A stretch of 64,000 nucleotides of DNA from Balanoglossus misakiensis (Eukaryota > Animalia > Hemichordata), in the NCBI GenBank assembly GCA_040954595.2, contig CM082584.2, forward strand, positions 12,368,875-12,432,874, written 5' to 3'. Of the stretch, positions 54,001 to 64,000 are shown in pieces. A program made the position numbers and the translations under genes. A model generated the notes under the pieces. That model was given only the letters and a program-made list of their open reading frames with translations. It did not search any database and was not told the DNA's origin. Positions within the stretch are counted from its first letter, which is position 1, and each line of letters starts with the position of its first letter.

Positions 54001-56719
54001 AGGATTGTAATGATGATCCTAGAAGATATTTACTTGTTTGTGTATTGTTTTATTTGCAGGAATACCCACATCATCTGATCAAAATCAATGACACCAAGAG
54101 ACTAAAGCTGTTTCTGACAGAGTGGAGAATCTTTGACCTTCTGTATGATGAGGAGTACAGTTCTAAACTTCTAGCATTCTGGAGAAAGGTACAGTATCTT
54201 TCATGAGGTGCAGTGCATGAACCATGCTGTGCACTGTTGTTTGTCAAGGATCCAAGATGCTGATTAAGTCATGTACAAACAAATGGGCCCAATCAACCAA
54301 TATAAAGAATGTGTGTTGTTGTTTATTTAATGGACTGGTTCTTTTGCTGTTCAAATCCTAGGCTGGTGGTTATGCAGAGATGGAAACGCAGTATATGAAT
54401 TGTCTTCAAGAATTGGAAACAGACACCCATGCTGACAGGGAGCTCTTGGCTTTAAGAAGTTCCCACATTGCAAGAGTTTTGTAAGTGTGCTCTTTTGAAA
54501 ATGTTTTACCTTCACATGCCATCATACCGAAGATAATTGCCACTTCAAAACTGAAGTTACAGTGTAGGGGTTTAGTGATGTACCTTCTTTCATTAAAATA
54601 CTTTCAGTCATTTTGAAACAAAACAAAACCAAAAACTTTCAACCCCTGACAGTATTTGTGCTGAATTTGTAACATTACCATACCCAGCATGCAGGCCGGC
54701 CGACATGAGAAGACCCTGGAAGTCCTCAGGAAGGCGATGGATATTGAAGAGAATGAGCTTGGAGGAAGACCAGAAAGAATGGTGGAACTCTACGACATTT
54801 GTGCCAGGACGTACAGTGAGGTAAGACAGTGTGATAAACTCAATCCTGGTTGTCAGCTCGATTTAGCCATCCAGTAAATGATATCAAGATGTTTGATTCT
54901 CTAACACACAGACTGCACCCTGTTATTTGCACCAGAAGCGCTTGGTCACAAACGTAGGCCAATTTATCCAATTTGTAATAAGGCATTTGCTTTGAAACAA
55001 AAAAACACAACAGAATCAGTGACTTTTGCCTGTTTTATTTCAGATTCTGAAGCTGTACAGTTTCATAGAGCGTAGACAGATGAACGAACTGCGACCGGCT
55101 ATCGAGTATGGCCAGAAATCTATCAGAATTCGGGAAACCTTGCCTCCAGAATTACACAAGGTATGCTACATGTATGTCCAGATAGATCCACATTATGTGG
55201 TGTCTGCCAAATTCACTTCTAGTCTTGTATCAAGTATTGCATGTCCAGGATTACATACTACATGAGAGCAAAACTCAAGTGCTGTCATCCTGAATGTCTT
55301 CCATGGAAAACCAGGCAGCAACTGAGAATGTAATCATGCTGTATTCTTTTTTATTTCCAGTATAAAATGGGGTTATCATTGATGATGTTAGCATTCAACC
55401 TGGAGTCGTGGTACGGTCTGGGAGGAGATTCCACTTTGTCCGGGGCCGAAGCAATCAAACAGGGCAAGAAGCACATCGAAGAGGCAATCAGCATCTTCAA
55501 AGAGGTGCAGTGTACTTCATGATACAAAATTTTGTGGAAGAAATTTTTACTGTGGGATACCTTTAACACTTTCACCCCTTTCCTTGTAAAGAGGTCCAAG
55601 TTCACTATAGAAAACAGCGGTAAAAGGGTTAATAAGCAACAATCAATGAAGTCGGATGGCATGTTTTACTGCCCGTTACTAACAGTGACTTGTGATGATC
55701 TTACAGCTTGGTGATGACGGCCATGTTGCTGAAGCCATTATGACAAAAGGTGTCTTGCATCAACGAGGAAGTATCGAACAGCTAAAGGTATGCCTGCCAG
55801 TTTCTGTTTGTTGACTTATTTCGATCCATTTTCGAACATTTCTATCTTCAAGATATCGTTCAGTAGCTCTGATCAAATTATATATATTTCACTGACACTT
55901 TCAGATTGTAAAGGAGCTTGCACCATACACCACATTAAATTGTACTTTGATTTCTATGATCAAAAACTATAGCTTCTGAAGACACAGACTTTTTATTTAG
56001 TCGGGTTGAATAATATCTCTATATTCTGAAGATTCATAGAATATTGACACACATAAAGGAGTGTAACATTTTGTTTTAATGGTAGGACTATGAGGATGCT
56101 ATGGAGCTTTGTATTCAGACCTATGGAGAATATCATGTATTGGTGGGCAGGTTGCTGCTGAACACTGGTATATACTATGAAGACAGTGGTGACAATTACA
56201 GAGCCTACGATTTCTTTAAAAGATGGCGTCACACAACTGAAGAGGTCTGTTTAATCTTGTATGGTTGTTAGCTACTATTGACTAAGTAGTCCATAGCTAT
56301 CTAATGTTTAATCAATGCATCAGATTTTTGCTACCCAAGAGAGTGGCAAAGATTTTAACTGACAGATTGAGGTGAAAAGACTAGATTGATTGTAGGAGGA
56401 TTTGAACCAGAGTGCAATGCAAACACAACTTTTTACTGTAAACACAACAGCGGAGAGTGAGCAACAATTTACCCATAATGCAATTCAAAATCATGAGATA
56501 TGACCCCTTAGCATGAAGTAAAAAGTGGGACGAGTGGTTATGCCTAGTTTAAGAGAAATGAAGAGAGATTGTTGATCTATTATAAATCAAAGATAACATA
56601 CCTATTTCCCGTTATTATGACAGGTGTATGGTCTCGAGCATCCGAAAACAAAACGTGCAATCGACACTTTGGAAGAACCAATGTACAAGAGGATTGCCAA
56701 GGAACTGGGTGATGCTTAG
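48054..56719 (+). CDS. DUF4062 (TIR-like)-NACHT/STAND NTPase-TPR protein (TEP1/NPHP3/NWD-related N-terminus), ~1015 aa, N-terminal MGCGSS acylation motif
   Basis: 23 coding exons: 48054-48251, 48479-48547, 48975-49081, 50283-50416, 50583-50713, 51009-51104, 51282-51374, 51594-51787, 51966-52077, 52273-52380, 52496-52669, 52836-53023, 53217-53389, 53516-53687, 53814-53934, 54060-54188, 54362-54480, 54688-54820, 55044-55160, 55361-55504, 55707-55787, 56086-56244, 56624-56719 (3048 nt, in frame). Motifs: IRIFVSSTFRDFHAERE…VDCDLRWGV…CLGEIDRC…SVTEMEI (DUF4062), Walker A GGPGVGKS (51702-25), FYHFVGA, Walker B IIVIDAVNQ, NPLWL, GLLETEL, FYHRSL, and C-terminal TPR-like helices (…YGLEHPKT). Confidence 0.9.
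52709..52744. mobile_element. Partial copy of the short TTAA-CCCTTTCACCCC element
   Basis: ttaaccctttcaccccccccccccccagttcccccc; same terminus as 55563-55632 and the reverse complement of 44654-44729. Confidence 0.5.
55563..55632. mobile_element. TTAA-flanked ~62-bp palindromic mini-element (piggyBac-like MITE)
   Basis: TTAA-CACTTTCACC…GGTAAAAGGG-TTAA: imperfect terminal inverted repeats with TTAA on both sides. Confidence 0.6.
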
Positions 56720-59367
56720 GCCAAGACAAACCAGAAAATATACCTCAGGGAGTTTTATGAATAATGTAGGGTAGAATGTGTAGATCGCTTTTGAATTGAT
56801 GATTGCTGATAATAGTTCTCATACTTTGCACATCAATCATTGCAATACAACCCATTTAAAACTGAAAACCCAATGCCATTGTTACAAAAGGGCATGCAGA
56901 TAGATGTATATATATCAAAGTGTTTACTTCCTTAAATGTGTGAATTCTAGCAGTAGATTTGTTCTGACTTTATCCTGTGTGATGTATTAGCTAGCCTAAT
57001 ATTTTATTTTATATGTGAAAATAACAAAATCACCCACCCATACCATTTCTGTTTTATTCAGCACATTTCATTTTGTTGATTAATCATGGGTGTTTTTAGA
57101 CATTTACAGGTTATTTTAGTTCTTTCATTTACAAAGGGGCACATATTATTATATCACATTGCAAAGTTAGTGGATTAACGCCTGGGGCACTTAATCATGG
57201 ACATACAATACACTATGTGACCTGGAGGGACACTAGAAGGGGGGTGTTGTGCTCGTAAACAGTGTGTGTTGAAATTTGTCAAGCTTCATTTAATGCTCAA
57301 GTCACTCTTGGTCTTCTGAATCATGCAAGATAATTCCAAACAGATTTATTTAATATCATCAATTATGAACAGCCATTTGGCACTACTGTGAAACAAGTTT
57401 ATCAGAAATTACCTGTGTGTTTTGTACAATGTATCAACACAACTGTTTTTGTAAAAAGAGTCTCTGTATATATCTATTTCCAACATGGACGTCCAGGTAT
57501 TGTAAATAAATGACAACCAGGTCTTTTCCAACATGTCTTTAACATACTTCAGCAAAATGCTTTCACACAAAGCTGAATCATTTATTGCTAGTGAAGGTTA
57601 AGTCTTCAATTGAATGAAACTTTCTTCGCACTATACTTCAAATGTCCAGGTTCACTTTTTCCTGCAAGAATCTCAAAACCACCTGTTGAACTCGTCGCTC
57701 AGAGAACGATGCTGAGTTAGGCGGTTGGGGGCGCTGTTTGACCCTAACGTTTGCCAGGTTGCCAATGACAACCACATCTAACAATGGTTCGACACGCCAT
57801 GCGTGCTGAGTTGAGCTGCGGCTGAGCAAACGAGGGCAAAGTGGCGTTGATAAATAATTTGCGTACCAACAAACACGCATCGACGTCCACTGAACACAAT
57901 ACAAGCAGCGCATACTACTTCAATATTTGTCAAAGAAATGACTGACTCAAGACGCAGCGTTTGAAGAGACGACAAGTTCATTGGCTCAGAAACGTTAAAG
58001 CGTAATTTTGGACAGTATATCACCTTGAAACATGACATAAATAATGGGAGAAGCTCAGAAAATATATTTTACCAGCAGATACTGTGTTCGTGCTGTGTTG
58101 AAATGGCTGACAGGTAAGCTTGCCATGTACATATTGACTAATCACGGTCACTCTACTAGGTCTGTTTTTATTTGTTAATGTCTGCAGTGCTCATGAACTC
58201 AGCGCTTTTTCGTGGACCGTGCTGCAAAAGGAGTAAAATACACGCGTATCAACAACACAGTTTTCTGTGCGTTTACGAAGTGTAAAGCTAAGCCTCATGT
58301 CCTCAACTCCTGCGTCTTCTATAAGCCGTCGTTGACAGTGATTACACGCTTTGCTACACTCCTTTGTTTCCCATTCAAAGTAATCACCGAGTTAATCACT
58401 TTGTTGTTACATAATTAACACCATCAACAACCGTTAAGCCAGACGTTTTGTTAATAGGCATAAGCCAATATTTTTATCGGGCCCATCATTTATTGACAGC
58501 TTTAAGCAAACGGACTCAATAGGTTAATTTCGTGAGTTACTTCCCTAAATTTGATTTGTTGGTGGTAACCCTCACACATTTTTCCTGACCATATATCTAT
58601 GACACACAAATAAATTAATGTGTTGCGACAAACGTCTGAATTTTGCAGTATCAAGTACACGCACCATGTTATTTGACCTTTATTACGTTTTGAATAATGA
58701 CCTTGTGAGTATGACTTCAAGTTCAACTTCAAGTTCATCAGCGCAGATATTTACTTGAAAATTTTCTTGCTCTTCGTAATTTCTCGTTAATGTTATGTGG
58801 ATTAAAAGTCACCTTTCTGTGTACTTTGAAGACAAACGTTCAAGAGTTCCCCGAAACAGGTACAGTTGTCAAGAAACAAGAGTGCTGTGTTCATGCCAGT
58901 AGATTATCCTTGGAGTTATAGAGTTTGGTGTTTAAACCAAACATTTGCAAGGCGCGTGTATTTAATTTATTGGACCACGTAAGAATTAGCAAAAGGCCTA
59001 TAGCTGCGAGGAGACTTTAGGATTTTCTGAGTTCAGAATACCTACGTGACAGTCAGACTTTTATATTTATTGTAAGCCATTTTTCATTAGATCGGATTTC
59101 TTCGGAAAACATGCTTCCATACGCAAATCCCATGAGGTCGTAAGGACGAGAGCCTTTGACCTCTGCCACGTATACCCCACTCTTACAGTTTACCTTTCCC
59201 CTTCAAATTCCTGGGCCACAAGCGCACAATTTTTGAAGCATTTTTTCATGGCTAATTGCAAAGTATTGTGCTGTTTCTGTTTCGTTTAGGGCTGGAGTGG
59301 TTTAGTTTGGACTTCATGCGTCTCTGAAGACAAGAAAAGTGCGAGTATAAGCTCGTAGGTCACCACC

Positions 59368-62300
59368 ATGGGATGTGGGACATCATCCTCGAGCAGTACA
59401 GAGGTTCGACCCCTGTCCGTTCAACAGAAGCGGAGAAACTCGCACACCGTCTCCAGAACCCGCAAGATCTCCCCCGCAGAAAACGGCAAGGCCAGCGGTG
59501 TGGGCGTACACTTGTCGGATTCTTGCCCGTCGATGATACCAGATGACGTGACTCCCGTTGAGACGCTCAGCACGAACTGGAACGTCGAGGACGAAGAGTG
59601 CGCTAAGGCTGAGGTTCTCAGGAAATATGAACACACGGAATTCTTCATGAAATGTAGAGAACCACAGCGTGTAGGTACCCCTGTCATTGTTCATGTGGTG
59701 ACCTATTTCTTTGAAGTACGGTGATGTCTTGTCTGGGAGCTCGAACACCTGGACCTATTGTTTGCCTTGGTCCGATATTCTTCAAAGACGTTTTGTGCGT
59801 AAAATCGTAAAAATATAAAATAATTTTTGCGAGCAACCAATTTAAAGCATGCTGTATGTGATAAAGTCTGTTAACGTGCTTTTCTTCTCAGAGATTTGTT
59901 ACGGAACTTTCAGACGAATCAATCGGACGAGATACCGTCCTGTCTTCCATTACAAGTTACATTGGCGGCCCACCATCGCAGGTGCCGCTGATTCTTCACA
60001 GCGAAGTCGGAAGAGGAAAAACTACAGTACTTGCCAAACTTGTCACAACTACAGCATTGGACATCCAGGAAAGACAAAAGTCTGGGTGAATATCTTATCT
60101 TGTCCCTTTTACTCGGTTGCGAAGATATCAGAGGATATACAGACAAAGAGGGATTCATAATGTTGTATTTCTTTAATTTAATTTGTCTTGCTTTCTGTAC
60201 AGTTCGTCCAATGGTCCCAAATGGTGCCTGTTTCATTATTTCGTCGGATCTGTCCCGAAGTCATCCAACTTGGAACACATGCTGCGAGCTCTCTTGCTTG
60301 AAATTGGTGCTGCAAATGTAAGAATGCAATCATAGTTAACTTTAAAATGACATTCTCCCAAAAATTCAAAAGTCGATACTAATGTTGAAAATGGTCAACG
60401 CACATGAGAAATGTTCGCTCAGTTAACTACTTCTTTATGTCAAAGATTTCGAGTTAGCGATTAAACACAGTTTAAAAACTTTTGTACATCCCATCTCTCC
60501 TCAGGAATTTACATTACCACGAACTCTGAATTCGCTTGTGCAACTGGCGAATGCAATATTGTCGCATCCTCATTGCCGGCCAATAATCGTCATCATCGAC
60601 TCACTGGACCAAGTAAGAAACTTCGTTTTTTGTCTTGTTTCGTCCTTCACAATATATTCATTGGTTCTGTTTTAATCGTGTGTTGGATTTATAATCATGC
60701 AAGTAAAATATCCTGCTTTTGGATTTCAGTTCGAGGAAGTGTTTGAAGATGACGTCGTACGGTGGATTCCGCGCCAATTGTCAAGTAAGGTCAGACTGAT
60801 CTGTTCCATGGAGACGGACAGCAAAGTACACAGACAACTCAAAGACAAAGTGTCATCGATTAAAGAAATCATTCTACCAAGTCTCAGCAATAGTGATTTG
60901 AAAGTAAGTTGTTTCAACGACCGAGAAGCAGATGTCTATTATATACTTCGATTAGAAGTCGGCCCTTTTTCGGGTTTTAGACTGGTAACAGTCCAAAGCG
61001 CGCTGCTATTTGTAAAGAATTTTTTCATCGCCTTGTATACGTCGTGTACGTTTCTATCATAGAAAATAGTCCAGAAAATGATGACAAAACACAACAGACA
61101 ACTCACCAAGTCTCAAGAGAAAATATTACTTGCGAAGAAATCGTCGGAAAATGTGTTATGGCTGAGTATCGTGTGCGATTGCCTTGGCGTCCTGACAGAA
61201 GGTGACGTCAGCAGTCGAATCGGAGAGTTGCCGGAGAATGTCGACAAGTAAGTTCGTGTAATAGGATGTCTCAAGTGTTCTCTTCGTTTCAGATTTGTTT
61301 AATCAGTTTTTGTGTTTTCTGCTAACTGGTAAACGCTGACTGGAAGCCGTAGGATGACGACACAGCAAAACATAGCGACTTGGTGCTTTCAGAGTTTAAT
61401 ATAGTCAACCAATTTAATTTTGTCATATTTCAGATTATTGGCTGATGTTATCTCACGTTTTGAAGATTTGGAAGGTCGACCCGATCGTCTGATGGCCGGG
61501 TTCCTCTTTTTACTTCGATTTTCCAAGCAAGGAATGAAGACGTCAGAATTGAAATGGATTCTGGGAGACCGGGAAACCATTTTCCCCGTGTATATAGCTG
61601 GAATTGGGGATATAAAAATAAGTAAGACGCTTGAAGAAATTTGTCACATGATATAGTCCGACATCCATAGTTCTCGAACTCAGAAACTCATCGCATTTTT
61701 TGCTGTGAGTGATTAATGTTAATTGGTGTTTCTCGTTTCTCTCTGTGGAATTTCCGTCACTGGTCTCACGTGATGGCATTTATCAGTTTGACTGATTGGC
61801 CGAAGACGACAATTTCCTTAAAGGGATAAAAGTCGGAAAACTGACGTGTTAAGAGGGAAAGAAAATTTATTTAGAAGGAAAGATGGTCAAAATAGATATT
61901 TTTTTCTTCTTTTTTTAGCCTTCAATCGGGTGTTTGAGCAACTGACCGACGATGACTGGGATGTGGTTTACAAAGCTTTGCGCCCATTCATACGAGAAGT
62001 GAAATCCTGCGAGGTTGACGATGACGACGACGATCCAAGACTCGTTTTTCGCCATCACTTGATCGGAAAAGCAGTTCAGCAAATGTAAGGGTCACGTTTT
62101 TGTCACTTCTCGTTGCTATGCTACAGTGTTAATGCGGAAAGTTCCGACAGAAAACCCCACAAACCTACACTTATTCTTTTGACTTCATCACTTGAAACAC
62201 AAAATGTTATGGTCAAATTTGTTCCAGGCCAATTGCATATCAAACTCAAAACTTCATCTGACGAGGCAGACTGATATTTCCATGTTTCCATGCATTGCCA

Positions 62301-63851
62301 AACGTGCTTGTCGGAACCACGTTGTCATCACCTAGGAAACAGGTATCTTATATTGTGTATATTTTGATAGGACGTTTCTTGATGGTGAAGAGGAGAAGGT
62401 TAGCAACGAAGAGAGAGAAGAAAACGAGCAATGGTGGCATTCTAAACTAGCAGATTACTTTGAACTCGAGGACAATTTTACACGCAAAATTGAGGTAAAT
62501 AGTCTTTTATATCCCATACATATGAATATTGATAACAAATTTACGCCTTTCGAATTCATTTTGCTTCCAGTTTGATTCACATTTTGGTTCAACACACTAA
62601 ACCTCTGCTGCTGTAATGTCAAATTTCAGGAATATCCCTTCCACGTCGGTGAAGTTGGGAACAGTGCTGGCGGTGTCTTCAAATGTTTCACAACCTGGTC
62701 TGTATTTGATGAACTGTTGGAAGCGAACTTGCCCTGGTTGCTGGCCATCTGGGGAAAGGTAATCTCGATCCACATGCTACCGATTGTTTTCTTGTGACGT
62801 TTGAATTTTATCTATACCTTTAGTCTGTTCATCGCTTTGTGCTCAGCAGTGGTATATGTTTTTTTCAGACTTGTACAAGAGAATACATGATACAAATCTA
62901 TAAAGACTCGTTACATGACGTGGAGGTTCAAGAAAAAAGCAACCAGGTGGTAGCCCATCGGTATGGTCAAGTAGCCAAGTTCATGTGAGTGAAAGATTAC
63001 GAATCTCTAGTGGTTAATTTCAGGGAGCAGTGACATTACTGTTATCTACATAATGTTTTGCAAAAAAGCACAAGGCAGATATTTACCAAACACACAGTTT
63101 ACATGTGATCCAATTGGGCACAGTATGAATGCCTGTGTACAATTCACATGTCAAACTGTAAGAGAATCAAGAATTCTAATTACAGGTTCTTCGCCGAAGA
63201 GTATGAGTGTGCCAAAGAGTTCATAGCCAAGGCAGTAAAACGTCAAGAGGACAACGAAGAAGACCTGGTTCAAATGTACACACTGGCTGGTGACATTTTC
63301 CACCAGGTGAGAACTTCAGCTACCATACAAGTACTCCTGGAAGGTGCCCATTTTAATAATCAAGCTCGGTATCTTCAGCTGTCTAAGTTTGTTCTTTTTT
63401 GTTTTGCAGCATTTACTTTCCATGTCTGATTGCTTGAAAGATGAATACAAAGAAGAACTCAGAGAATTACTCAGATGTTACAAAAAGGCCATAAAAATTA
63501 GGCAAACTAATTACTTTACGCTAGAAAAACATAAGGTGAGACACTTTTCAATATTTGGACAAATACTGCCCTCTATGTTCAGTTGTTTGACTAATCACCC
63601 CTTTATCAATATTACACTTGCAGTATGTATGCTAAAGCTGAATTTTTCCGTTTTGTTTCAAAATGCTTTCATGATAAGTTTGTTGTTGTTTTTGTATCTA
63701 ACAGTACTTATTGGTAACCACAATTTGCAAGTATGTGGAGAATTTACATCGATGGCTAGTACTATTTAAAAATGAAAATTCATCAAATGGGAGTGATATC
63801 AGACGAGAAGCTGATGTCAATATAGAGGAGGCCATCAGGATTAGCAAAGAG
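59368..63851 (+). CDS. Tandem paralog: N-acylated NACHT/STAND-TPR protein lacking DUF4062; continues beyond the right edge
   Basis: Exons 59368-59670 (MGCGTSS…FFMKCREPQR), 59892-60085 (…IGRDTVL…LILHSEVGRGKTTVLAK), 60203-60317 (LFHYFVGS), 60505-60612 (IIVIIDSLDQ), 60730-60903, 61063-61247 (ENVLWL), 61434-61621 (GMKTSEL), 61919-62084 (VYKALRPF…FRHHLI), 62371-62494 (WWHSKLADYFE), 62630-62758 (EYPFH), 62869-62984, 63186-63306, 63410-63535, 63705-63851. It is exon-by-exon homologous to the upstream gene from its 8th coding exon on, with identical intron phases. A probable UTR donor lies after 58113 and an acceptor before 59290. Confidence 0.87.
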
Positions 63852-64000
63852 GTGAGCAATGTATTATTTATGTGGTGTAGCTTACTTCCATAGAGTTGAC
63901 TTAGTGAAGTTTGGACTCAACTAAAACTGTGTGAGATTATGTTCAGAACAGGAGATACTGTTTAATTCACTGACAACATTAAATAACCAACAGTTATCTT

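Noticed and set aside
48054-56719. Naming the gene TEP1, NPHP3 or NWD1/2
   Set aside because: It shares only the DUF4062-NACHT module. There are no TROVE or WD40 repeats and no NPHP3 N-terminal coiled coil, so orthology cannot be claimed.
59849-60160. Track ORF frame (…EICYGTFRRINRTRY…) as the second coding exon of gene 2
   Set aside because: The other frame starting at 59892 carries the Walker A motif and aligns with the paralogous 194-nt exon.
62228-62342. Possible extra AG/GT-bounded exon in gene 2
   Set aside because: It contains an in-frame TGA, is 115 nt (frameshifting) and has no counterpart in the paralog.

Overview
AT-rich, intron-rich animal genomic DNA. It looks like an invertebrate deuterostome or similar marine invertebrate, which is an inference. 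The ORF track is mostly noise, so genes were assembled by hand from GT-AG exons. (1) Minus strand, <197-14033, running off the left edge: a secreted prohormone/neuropeptide precursor that the ORF track misses. It has a signal-peptide exon, then a chain of 15-60 nt phase-1 microexons that alternate between 'VFWV(D/E)KK+spacer' and 'acidic spacer+KR', predicting at least 5 copies of a non-amidated pentapeptide VFWVD/VFWVE. A TA-flanked MITE lies in its 9.9-kb intron. (2) About 24 kb (14.1-38.2 kb) with no recognisable coding gene, containing promoter-like motif clusters. (3) PSMG3 (minus) head-to-head with (4) a P4HTM-type EF-hand prolyl 4-hydroxylase (plus). (5) An N-acylated DUF4062 (TIR-like)-NACHT/STAND-TPR gene of about 1015 aa, followed by (6) a divergent tandem paralog with the same exon skeleton and acylation motif but no DUF4062 domain, running off the right edge. 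Short TTAA-flanked palindromic elements and microsatellites are scattered in introns.
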